Source of the DNA: Thermoanaerobaculia bacterium
Lineage (GTDB): Bacteria > Acidobacteriota > Thermoanaerobaculia > UBA5066 > Gp7-AA6
Direction: 5' to 3'
Assembly: GCA_033853815.1 (NCBI GenBank)
Contig: JAWOLE010000257.1
Coordinates: forward strand, 1-42,765
Length of the DNA stretch: 42,765 nt
Part shown: positions 17,427-25,348 of the stretch, one piece after another
How the letters are laid out: the number at the start of each line of letters is the position of its first letter
How positions within the stretch are numbered: the first letter of the stretch is position 1
Position numbers and translations under genes: made by a program
The notes under the pieces: generated by a model
Database searches by the model: none
Told to the model about the DNA's origin: nothing
The model's input: the letters and a program-made list of their open reading frames with translations, nothing else

Positions 17427-17717
17427 ATGAAGAAGTTCGTGACCCTGGGCCTCGCTGCCGTGCTGGGTACGGCGCTCGTCACCGGTTGCCAGAAGAAGGA
17501 AACCACGGAAACCACCACAACGTCGACGGAACAGCAGCCGGCGGTCGTGCAGGAGACCGGGACCACGGCCACCTCCACGATGACCACGACAGAGACCGGC
17601 ACGACCGGGATGGCCATGACCGGTACGGAGACCACCGGAACGACGGGCACGATGGCGCCATCGACGACCACGACCTCGACGGCGACGACCTCGACCGAAA
17701 CCAAGAAGAAGATGTAG
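17427..17717 (+). CDS. small Thr-rich lipoprotein
   Basis: MKKFVTLGLAAVLGTALVTGC lipobox, then about 75 residues dominated by T/E/G/S. SD AAGGAG lies 9 nt before ATG 17427. The ATG at 17418 directly abuts the SD. Confidence 0.7.
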   Translation: MKKFVTLGLAAVLGTALVTGCQKKETTETTTTSTEQQPAVVQETGTTATSTMTTTETGTTGMAMTGTETTGTTGTMAPSTTTTSTATTSTETKKKM

Positions 17718-17740
17718 GTCGTCTTTCCCGGAAAGAGAAG

Positions 17741-17770
17741 AAGGCCCCTCGCGGGGCCTTTTTCATTTTT
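17741..17770 (+). terminator. intrinsic terminator
   Basis: AAGGCCCC-TCGC-GGGGCCTT stem-loop followed by TTTCATTTTT, 24 nt after the lipoprotein stop. Confidence 0.8.
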
Positions 17771-17779
17771 CGGCGACTT

Positions 17780-17948
17780 TCGGCCGCCCCCGTTCGCTTC
17801 GCGAAGGCGGCCGAGAGTTTCAAGACCGGAGTTCTCCGCTGTGTCGTACTCGCCGTCGCGACCTTCGGCCGCAGGCGTTCGCTTCGCGAACGGCGGCCGA
17901 GAGTTTCAAAACCGGAGCTCTCCTCTGTGTCGTACTCGTCGCCGCGCT
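17780..17948 (+). repeat. tandem duplication of an ~85-bp REP-like unit (copies R3, R4)
   Basis: Units at 17780-17863 and 17865-17948. Each has a TCGGCCGC..CGTTCGC-TTC-GCGAA(C)G-GCGGCCGA hairpin plus the tail GAGAGTTTCAARACCGGAGYTCTCCKCTGTGTCGTACTCG. Confidence 0.85.
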
Positions 17949-18136
17949 TCCTTAATAAGCCGGCGCCACAGCCCCCGCGCGCCCGACCGTGGAGCGTCAA
18001 GCCCCGCGAGGCTCGCTACCGTCTTGGCGTGTTGCCGGATCCATTCACCGTCCCCGGCTCGCACTCCCAGCTCCGCGAGCGTGTGGCCGCTTTCCTGCGC
18101 GAGCCTGCGGAGAACCTCTTCGAGAGCCTCGCTCAT
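17906..18136 (-). CDS. hypothetical small protein (76 aa), uncertain
   Basis: The ATG overlaps the glycosyltransferase TGA as ATGA, suggesting coupling. The C-terminal ~15 codons are encoded by REP-like copy R4. No recognisable family. Confidence 0.35.
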   Translation of the reverse strand: MSEALEEVLRRLAQESGHTLAELGVRAGDGEWIRQHAKTVASLAGLDAPRSGARGLWRRLIKEARRRVRHRGELRF

Positions 18137-19188
18137 GAGAGCCCCGCCGCGGAAAGGAGAGCCGAGGTCGTGGTCTCCCAGCTCAGGGCGGCCGCCCGGA
18201 GCCGGCCGCGCTCGCCCAGCTCGGCGAGCGCCTCGGGCTTCTCCCAGGCGATCCGCAGTGCCGCCCCCAGCGCCTCGGCGCGGGCCGGCACGACGAATCC
18301 CGTCTCCCCGTCCCGCACGAATTCGAGCGGCCCGCCGGCGTCCTCGGTCGTCAGGACCGCCTTGCCCGAGAGAAAAGCCTCCAGCGGCACGTAGCCCAGG
18401 TCCTCGCCCTGCGGCGTCACGACGACCAGGCGCGCTCCGGCGTAGAGGGCGATCAACTCCTCCTCGCCGACGCGCGGCAGGAACCGCACCCGGTCCGAAA
18501 CCTTGAGCTCCAGGGCCAGGCGCTTCAACCTCTCCTCCTCCGGGCCCTGCCCGAGGACCACCAGATGGGCGCGGGGAGCGTGTGCGAGCGCGGCGATCGG
18601 AAGCTCCGGGCGTTTCCAGGCATCGAGCCGCCCGACGCTCAGGGCATAGTCGCCCGGAGGACCGTAGCGATAGCGGCCGGCCAGGGGAGGCGGGTGGTAG
18701 AGCGGCTCGCTGTCGATCCCGTTGAACTTCTTCAGGCGTGCGGCGATGTTGGCCGAGTTGGCGAACACGCGCCTGGCCTCGGAGAGGCCGATCCGGTCGA
18801 TTTCGCCGATCGCCTCTCGAGTGCGCCGGTCTTCCTGCGAGGACGTGAAGTCGCTGTACGGCGTCCCGAACTGGTCGTAGGCCTGCCGGTACTGGTGGAT
18901 CAGCCAGACAATCTTGTTGTCATGCCTCGCGGCGTAGCTGGGAAAGCGCGTCGCTATGACCGCGTCCACCTTCCGTCCCGCGATCTCGGTCAGGTCGAGG
19001 CTACGCCACGCCAGGGCGCTCCGCACGAGGTCGAAGCGGTGCCGCTCGATGAGCGGCATCGTCACCAGATCGGCCTCGACTCTCCGGCGAAGGAGCTCTT
19101 CCGTCAGCCGGCGTACGTGGCGCTCCGCGCCCCCCTCCGCGAAGGGAGACTGCACCGCCAGGACCAGGACCCGAGGTGATCGGGTCAT
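18133..19188 (-). CDS. glycosyltransferase, GT-B fold group 1 (GT4-like)
   Basis: 351 aa. N-terminal VLVLAVQSPFAEGGAERHVRRLTEEL. C-terminal donor-binding region with EDLGYVPLEAFLSGKAVLTTEDAGGPLEFV (E-X7-E-like). Confidence 0.85.
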   Translation of the reverse strand: MTRSPRVLVLAVQSPFAEGGAERHVRRLTEELLRRRVEADLVTMPLIERHRFDLVRSALAWRSLDLTEIAGRKVDAVIATRFPSYAARHDNKIVWLIHQYRQAYDQFGTPYSDFTSSQEDRRTREAIGEIDRIGLSEARRVFANSANIAARLKKFNGIDSEPLYHPPPLAGRYRYGPPGDYALSVGRLDAWKRPELPIAALAHAPRAHLVVLGQGPEEERLKRLALELKVSDRVRFLPRVGEEELIALYAGARLVVVTPQGEDLGYVPLEAFLSGKAVLTTEDAGGPLEFVRDGETGFVVPARAEALGAALRIAWEKPEALAELGERGRLRAAALSWETTTSALLSAAGLS

Positions 19189-20372
19189 GCGCGCGGCACC
19201 CGCGCGATGAGGGCGTAGTCCTGCGGCCCGAAGAGCAGGCGGTTCAGCTTCGCGTCGTTCGGAGACGCCTCTTCGAGCCGGTCGCCGGCGGGCAACGGCG
19301 CCCGGTACTCGATCGTGGCGTCCACGAACCCCGCGGCCTCTGCCAGGAACCGCAAGGCCTCGGGCGGGACCGGACGAACGTGGGAGGGATCGAGGAAGAA
19401 GGCCTTCAGAGCGGAAAGGGAATCGGAGTTGATGGTCTCGGCGATCAGGACTCCCCCCGGCGCCAGGGCGCGCCGCGCCTCTCGCAGAAAGGCGAAGGTC
19501 GCCTCAGCGGTCCAGTGCTCGACCACCTGCAGGGCCACGACCGCCCCGAGGCTGCCGTCCTGCCGGCTCGCCAGATGGGCGAGACCGTCGCCTTGCTCGA
19601 CGCTGAGGCCTTCCGACTTGCAGGCCGAAGCCGAGATCGGGTTGATCTCGACGCCGAGAGCCGGGACTCCTTCCGCGGCGAGGAGCCGCAGCAGCTCTCC
19701 CCGCCCGCAGCCCACGTCGAGCACGGGGCCAGGCAGATCCTTGAGGAGCGGGAGATACGAGCGCTGCTTTTCGGCAATTTCCCCCGGGCTGCCGCGAAAG
19801 CGCTCCTCGAACAGGCTGTACACGCCCGGGGGAAGCAGAGCCGGCGGCTCGGGCCAACGAGCCGCGGGCGCTGTCGAGCCCGTCGCCTCCAGGATCGCGA
19901 GCCGTCCGTCCTGGATCGCCGCCCTTCGATGAGCCTCGCCAAGCTCGCGCTCCGTGCGCTCGCGAAGGTCCTCCTGTCGTCGAGCGATCTCCTCCCGCTC
20001 CCGGGCGATCTCGTTTTCCCGGCTCAACCGCTCCTGCCGCTCGGCATCGAGGGAGTCCTCGAGCCGCTGTCGCACGACGTTCATGGCGCTGGCAAGGTTG
20101 TCCACGGCCTCGAGCATGAGGGCGTTGAAGGACGCCTGGTCCCGCCAGAGGAAGCGCAAGAGGCGCAGCGCGAGCCTCTTGACCCCGGCCAGGCGCACGG
20201 CCGGTGGGATCGCGGGCGTCAGATGTTCGGATGCGCGAGCCAGAGGCGTCCGGAGGCCTTCTTCCTCAACGGAGAGAGGCGGCATCCGGGGAGGAGATGG
20301 CGGCGAAGCCTGCGCGACCGCGGCGCGGATCTCCTCGGCCAGTTCGTCCGTCAGGTTGCGCTCGGGAGCCAC
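19185..20372 (-). CDS. class I SAM-dependent methyltransferase with N-terminal coiled coil
   Basis: SAM motif I VLDVGCGRGELLRLL, then LGAVVALQVVEHW. The N-terminal half is rich in E/R heptads. The stop overlaps the GT start as ATGA. Confidence 0.8.
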   Translation of the reverse strand: MAPERNLTDELAEEIRAAVAQASPPSPPRMPPLSVEEEGLRTPLARASEHLTPAIPPAVRLAGVKRLALRLLRFLWRDQASFNALMLEAVDNLASAMNVVRQRLEDSLDAERQERLSRENEIAREREEIARRQEDLRERTERELGEAHRRAAIQDGRLAILEATGSTAPAARWPEPPALLPPGVYSLFEERFRGSPGEIAEKQRSYLPLLKDLPGPVLDVGCGRGELLRLLAAEGVPALGVEINPISASACKSEGLSVEQGDGLAHLASRQDGSLGAVVALQVVEHWTAEATFAFLREARRALAPGGVLIAETINSDSLSALKAFFLDPSHVRPVPPEALRFLAEAAGFVDATIEYRAPLPAGDRLEEASPNDAKLNRLLFGPQDYALIARVPRA

Positions 20373-20460
20373 GCAACGGCCAGAATAAGAGGGCGGGATT
20401 GCCGATGCAACAAGGATGCGCGAGTCTTATAGACTTACGAGATCAGGCAAGGAGACGCCC

Positions 20461-20838
20461 ATGAAAAAGATGTCTGCTCTCCTGTTCGTGCCCACGATCC
20501 TCCTCGCCGGGTGCGCCTCCAGCGGGCCGCCCCCCCCGTCCTCCCAGTTCACGGAGACCGAGGCCTCGATCCGCAGCGCCGAGAACGCCGGCGCCGCCGC
20601 GAGCGCCTCCAACCTCCTCGACCGGGCTCAGAAGGCGCTCGCCGACGCGCGCCAGGCCTCGTCGAAAGGGAACAACGACGAGGCCCGCCGACAGATCGAT
20701 GAGGCGAGAGCCTACGCCGCGGCGGCCGAGTCCAAGGCCACCGCCGAGAAGTTGAAGAAGCAGGCGGCCGAGCTCGGCCGGCAGGCCGACGAGCTTGAGT
20801 CCAAGGCCAAACAGCTTCAGGAAAGGGCACGCCCATGA
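20461..20838 (+). CDS. DUF4398-like lipoprotein
   Basis: MKKMSALLFVPTILLAGC lipobox. Helical region with TETEASIRSAENAGAAASASNLLDRAQKALADAR, typical of DUF4398. SD AAGGAG lies 7 nt before the ATG. Confidence 0.75.
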   Translation: MKKMSALLFVPTILLAGCASSGPPPPSSQFTETEASIRSAENAGAAASASNLLDRAQKALADARQASSKGNNDEARRQIDEARAYAAAAESKATAEKLKKQAAELGRQADELESKAKQLQERARP

Positions 20839-22025
20839 ACGCGCGAAGGGCAATCCAGGCATTCTTCCTGGTCGCTGCAACTTCGCTCCTCGCCTCCTGC
20901 GCGGCGGGGCCGCCGCCGCAAGACATCGCGGAGGCGCGGCTGGCGCTGCAGGACGCCAAGAACGCCGGGGCGGACCAGAGGGCGACGCGCGAGTACGACG
21001 CTGCGGTGGCCCATTTCAACGTGGCGCAGAGCACCTGGACGAGCCAGAAGGACGCCGTGGCGTCGGCTCACTGGGCGCGCCTGGCGCAGGCGGAAGCCAA
21101 GCAGGCCCAGTACGTGGCGGAGGCCGCGGCGGCCCAGGACCTGGTCAATCGGGAGACGGAACGGCGGCAGAGGGCGGAGCTCGCCGTGCGGGAGGCCGAG
21201 ATCGCGATGCTCCAGGCGCGGGCTCGCACGGAAGCCGAACGCCGTGCGGCCGAGATCGAAGCGCGGGCGGCCGAAGAACGGCGGCGGACCGCGGAGGAGC
21301 TCGCGCGGCGCGAAGCCGAGGCTCGCGAACGCGAGCAGGCCCGCACCGAGGCCGAAGCCAAGCTCGCGGCAGAGCGCGCCAAGGCGGACCAGGAGGCCGC
21401 CGCGCGTACGCAGGCGGAGAAGGAACGGGCCGCGGCGGAGCTGGAGAAGATGAAGGCGGAGCTCGAGGCCACCCGTAAGGCCGCCGAGGAGGCCCAGAAG
21501 GCGGCCGAACTCGAGCGCCAGCGGCTCGAGGAACAGCGCAAGGCCGAGGAGGCGCGGCAGGCCGAGCTCGCAAAGGCGCGCGAGGCTCAACAGAAGGCCG
21601 AAGACGCCCTGAAGACGACCCTCTCCCAGCTCGCTCAGGTGCGCGAGTCGGCTCGGGGGCTCATCGTCACGCTGCCGGGATCGATCTACTTCGACGTGAA
21701 CAAGACCGAGGTCAAGCCCGCGATGCGGGAGAGGCTGTCCGAGATCGCCAGGGCGCTCGCCACCGTCCCGGACCGTCACGTTCTCGTCGAGGGGCACACG
21801 GATTCCACCGGCGGCGACGACTACAACCTGAAGCTCTCGCGCCTTCGGGCCGAGTCCGTGCGATCGATCCTGGTGGCCGGAGGTGTCTCGCCGGATCGGA
21901 TCGAGAGCCAGGGCTACGGAAAGACGCGGCCGGTCGCGTCCAACGCCTCCGCAGCGGGCCGGGCCCAGAACCGCCGCGTCGAGATCGTGCTGCAGGGCGT
22001 CACGTCCTCCGCTCCGGCGAAGTAG
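20835..22025 (+). CDS. OmpA-family peptidoglycan-binding lipoprotein with DUF4398-like N-terminus and ~170-aa coiled coil
   Basis: Lipobox LLASC. An E/A/R/K-rich heptad region. C-terminal OmpA_C (FDVNKTEVKPAMRERL..GHTDSTGGDDYNLKLSRLRAESV..NRRVEIVL). ATGA overlap with the upstream gene. Confidence 0.85.
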   Translation: MNARRAIQAFFLVAATSLLASCAAGPPPQDIAEARLALQDAKNAGADQRATREYDAAVAHFNVAQSTWTSQKDAVASAHWARLAQAEAKQAQYVAEAAAAQDLVNRETERRQRAELAVREAEIAMLQARARTEAERRAAEIEARAAEERRRTAEELARREAEAREREQARTEAEAKLAAERAKADQEAAARTQAEKERAAAELEKMKAELEATRKAAEEAQKAAELERQRLEEQRKAEEARQAELAKAREAQQKAEDALKTTLSQLAQVRESARGLIVTLPGSIYFDVNKTEVKPAMRERLSEIARALATVPDRHVLVEGHTDSTGGDDYNLKLSRLRAESVRSILVAGGVSPDRIESQGYGKTRPVASNASAAGRAQNRRVEIVLQGVTSSAPAK

Positions 22026-22051
22026 ACAGGAAGCGGGCGGAGGGCGATCGT

Positions 22052-23143
22052 CTGAGAACGTTCCTCCGGACGGCCTTCCTCTCCCTCCTGACGGCGGCGG
22101 CTTGCGCGCCGGCGGGCAGGACTCCCGAGGCCCGGCCGGCTACTCCTGCGGCGGGCAAAGCGCCCCTTCTCTTTCCGGGCGAAGAGAGGTTCCTGGCCAA
22201 CGTCCGGCAGCTGACCTTCGGCGGCCAGAACGCCGAGGCCTACTGGTCGCTCGACGGACGGCGGATCATCTTCCAGTCCAACGACGACGGGCGCCTGCCG
22301 TGCGACCAGATCTTCACCATGAACGCCGACGGCTCGGGCAGGCGGATGGTTTCCAACGGAAAGGGCAAGACGACCTGCTCCTACTTCTTCCCTTCCGGCG
22401 GCCGCATCCTCTACTCCTCGACCTTCCGCATCGGAGACGCGTGCCCGCCGCCGCCGGACCGCTCGCGGGGCTACGTCTGGGCCCTGGACGACTACGACAT
22501 CTACACGGCGAAACCCGACGGCTCCGACATCCGATCTCTCTTCTCCTCACCCGCCTACGACGCCGAGGCGACGGTCTCCCGGGACGGAAGGAAGATCGTC
22601 TTCACCTCCGCGCGCGACGGCGATCTCGAGATCTATTCGATGAACGCCGACGGGACCGGGGTGACCCGCCTGACGCACACGCCCGGCTACGACGGCGGGC
22701 CGTTCTACTCCTACGACGGGAAGAAGATCGTCTATCGTGCGGACCACCCGCAGACGCCCGAGGACCTGGCTCGCTACCGGGAGAACCTGGCGCGCGGCAG
22801 CTACGCGCCCCGGTCCCTGGAGATCCGCGTCATGAACGCCGACGGCTCGGACGACCATGCCGTCACCGCCAACGGCGCGGCCAACTTCGCTCCCTACTTC
22901 TTCCCCGACGGCAAGCGCATCATCTTCTCCTCGAACGTGGGGGATCCGAAGGGGCGGGACTTCGAGCTCTACTTCATCGGCGCCGACGGGACGAACCTCA
23001 CTCGCGTGACCTATTCGCCCGATTTCGACGGCTTTCCGATGTTTGATTCCGACGGCCGCAGGCTCGTCTTCGCCTCTAACCGCAACGGCAGCAAACCCCG
23101 CGAAACCAACATCTTCGTCGCCGACTGGGTTGGACCGAAGTAG
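22052..23143 (+). CDS. TolB-like periplasmic beta-propeller (PD40/WD40-like repeats); start not canonical
   Basis: Repeats of the type DGRRIIFQS, DGRKIVFTS, DGKKIVYRA, DGKRIIFSS, DGRRLVFAS. Homology and a signal peptide (RTFLRTAFLSLLTAAAC) extend upstream of the first ATG/GTG/TTG (22319). CTG at 22052 lies 7 nt after GGAGGG. Confidence 0.7.
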   Translation: MRTFLRTAFLSLLTAAACAPAGRTPEARPATPAAGKAPLLFPGEERFLANVRQLTFGGQNAEAYWSLDGRRIIFQSNDDGRLPCDQIFTMNADGSGRRMVSNGKGKTTCSYFFPSGGRILYSSTFRIGDACPPPPDRSRGYVWALDDYDIYTAKPDGSDIRSLFSSPAYDAEATVSRDGRKIVFTSARDGDLEIYSMNADGTGVTRLTHTPGYDGGPFYSYDGKKIVYRADHPQTPEDLARYRENLARGSYAPRSLEIRVMNADGSDDHAVTANGAANFAPYFFPDGKRIIFSSNVGDPKGRDFELYFIGADGTNLTRVTYSPDFDGFPMFDSDGRRLVFASNRNGSKPRETNIFVADWVGPK

Positions 23144-23152
23144 TCGCGGAGT

Positions 23153-24244
23153 TCAGGCTTCCGTAGAGATGCGCGGAGGATTCTCCTCGACGAAGCCGAG
23201 GAGCGCCAGGGCGAGCGCGATCACGAGGGGGCCGAGGAAGAGGCCAATCGGTCCGAAGGCGGCGAGGCCGCCCATGACTCCGAAGAAGACGGGCAGTGTC
23301 GAGATCCGCGCGCGGCCGGAGATCAGGCGCGGCCGCAGGAAGTTGTCGGCCGATCCGACGAGCACGGTGCCCCACAGGACCATGAAGAGGGCCCAGGCCG
23401 TGCGCCCCTGCGCGTAGAGCGCGATCGCTGCGGGCCCCCACACGAGGGCCGTGCCCGCCACCGGAAGAAGAGCGGCGAGCGCGGTCAGGAAGCCGAAGAC
23501 CACCGGGGACGGCAGGCCCGAAATCGCGAACGCCACGCCCACGAGAGCCCCCTGGATGAGCGCCGTCGCGAGAGCGCCGAAGACGACCGCCCGCATCACG
23601 TCGGACAGGTGCGACGCGAGGCTCTCCTTGCGGGAGGTGTCGCCGGGAATGAGATCGAGCACCCGGCGCGCCACGACGTCGCCGTCGCGGAAGAGGAAAT
23701 AGACGATGAAGAGCGTCAGCACGAGCGTCACGGCCAGGCCCACGGCCCCGAGGAAGAGCTGCCGTCCGCCGGTCAGGATGAGCTCCAGCATGGAGCGCGC
23801 CTCCGAGACCAGCCACTTCTGGATGTCGTCGAATGAGATCGGGGTCTTATCACTGATCCACTGGATCAGCCGGCTGAGCGCGGGGATCCGGACGACGTCC
23901 TGGGGGCGCTCGATCTGGTACCGGGTGGCCAGCGCCGAGACCCGGGTCAGGAGGTCGCCCGCCTGACGCACGAAGACGAGGGCGAGGAGCGAGGCGGGGA
24001 CCATGACGCACAGGGCGACCGCGATCGTCAGCACCAGCGCCGCCGCTCCCGGCCGGCCGCGCAGGCGCCGCCGCAGGACTCGGTTGACCGGAAAGAGCAG
24101 GAACGCCAGCAGGACGGCCCAGAGGATCGGCGAGAGAAACGGCCGCAGAATCCGCGCCAGCAAGTAGAGGAGCAGGGCCGCCGCCGCCACCGCGAACACG
24201 CGGGTCGTGAAGCGGCTCTCCGGCATTTGGACCGATGCTAGCAT
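23153..24244 (-). CDS. AI-2E family transporter (PerM/UPF0118)
   Basis: About 360 aa multi-TM protein with the C-terminal conserved stretch LLPVAGTALVWGPAAIALY..DNFLRPRLIS..LPVFFGVMGGLAAFGPIGLFLGP. Start is ATG 24244 or 24226. The upstream part of the 597-aa ORF overlaps queG antisense. Confidence 0.85.
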   Translation of the reverse strand: MLASVQMPESRFTTRVFAVAAAALLLYLLARILRPFLSPILWAVLLAFLLFPVNRVLRRRLRGRPGAAALVLTIAVALCVMVPASLLALVFVRQAGDLLTRVSALATRYQIERPQDVVRIPALSRLIQWISDKTPISFDDIQKWLVSEARSMLELILTGGRQLFLGAVGLAVTLVLTLFIVYFLFRDGDVVARRVLDLIPGDTSRKESLASHLSDVMRAVVFGALATALIQGALVGVAFAISGLPSPVVFGFLTALAALLPVAGTALVWGPAAIALYAQGRTAWALFMVLWGTVLVGSADNFLRPRLISGRARISTLPVFFGVMGGLAAFGPIGLFLGPLVIALALALLGFVEENPPRISTEA

Positions 24245-24253
24245 GCCGGCGGC

Positions 24254-25348
24254 ATGGTCCTTGAGCGCGTGCCCGACGCTCTTCCCACCGGGCGCCCGGA
24301 CCCCCTGCTGGCGGCCGCGGTCCTTCGGGAAGAGGCCCGCCGGGAAGCCTTCTCCAGGGTCGGATTCGCTCGGGCCGAGCGCCCACTGCGGTTCGAGCGG
24401 TTCGAGAGCTGGATCCAAGCCGGGCGCCACGCCGGGATGAAGTACCTGGAGGAAACGCGGGAGGTTCGCTCTTCGCCCGAGCGTCTCCTCGAAGGTGCGC
24501 GGTCCGTCGTCTGCCTCGCCGCGCGCCACGGCACCCGTCCGGTCGTCGCCGCCGACGGGGGGAAGCTCGCGCGCTACGCCGCCGGCGCCGATTACCACGG
24601 CACCCTTCGTCAGCGCGCCCTGCGAGTCGCCCGCGCGGCCGCCGGGAGGCTCGGCGTCTTCCGCTATCGCGTCTGCGTGGACTCGACTCCCGTGGCCGAA
24701 CGGTCGCTGGCCGCGGCGGCGGGACTGGGCTGGGTCGGCAAGAACGGCTGCCTGATCGACACGGAGCACGGCTCGTACCTTCTCCTGGCGGAGATCCTGA
24801 CGGACCTCGATCTGCCCCCCGATGAGTCCGTGGCGGAGCGCTGCGGCTCTTGCGTCCGCTGCCTCGAGGCCTGCCCGACCGGGGCCTTCCTCGAGCCGGG
24901 CCTCCTCGACGCGGCGCGCTGCCTCGCCTACTGGACGATCGAGCATCGCGGACCGCTTCCCGACACGGTCAAGGAGAAGGTGGGCGAACGGATCTTCGGG
25001 TGCGACGTCTGCCAGGAAGTCTGTCCCTGGAATCCTCCGCTCGGGACGCGAGCGGAGGATCCGGAGCCGGCGGCCACTCCTCCCACCCGCCGCGAATGGC
25101 TCGAAATCGGCCCGGGCGCCTGGCGCCGCCGCTGGGGCTCGACCGCCCTCAACCGCCCGGGGCGCCGCGGCATGCAGAGAAACGCCGCCGCTTCCGCCGG
25201 CGCGTCCGCGGACTCCGCTTGCCTGCCGGCGCTCGATCGGGCGGCCCGGGTCTCGGAGGCCGGCCTGGCCGACGCCGCCGCCTGGGCGCTCTCCCGCTTG
25301 CGCGGCCGCTCTACTCCTCCGGCCAAAGAAAGGAACTCAGGACCATGA
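24254..25348 (+). CDS. queG: epoxyqueuosine reductase
   Basis: GWVGKNGCLID, two 4Fe-4S motifs (CGSCVRCLEACP, CDVCQEVCPWN), WTIEHRGPLP. Confidence 0.9.
   Translation: MVLERVPDALPTGRPDPLLAAAVLREEARREAFSRVGFARAERPLRFERFESWIQAGRHAGMKYLEETREVRSSPERLLEGARSVVCLAARHGTRPVVAADGGKLARYAAGADYHGTLRQRALRVARAAAGRLGVFRYRVCVDSTPVAERSLAAAAGLGWVGKNGCLIDTEHGSYLLLAEILTDLDLPPDESVAERCGSCVRCLEACPTGAFLEPGLLDAARCLAYWTIEHRGPLPDTVKEKVGERIFGCDVCQEVCPWNPPLGTRAEDPEPAATPPTRREWLEIGPGAWRRRWGSTALNRPGRRGMQRNAAASAGASADSACLPALDRAARVSEAGLADAAAWALSRLRGRSTPPAKERNSGP

Noticed and set aside
17372-17704. 110-aa Val-rich ORF on the minus strand
   Set aside because: It is the antisense reading of the Thr-rich (ACC/ACG) lipoprotein gene. 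The plus-strand gene has the promoter, SD, lipobox and terminator.
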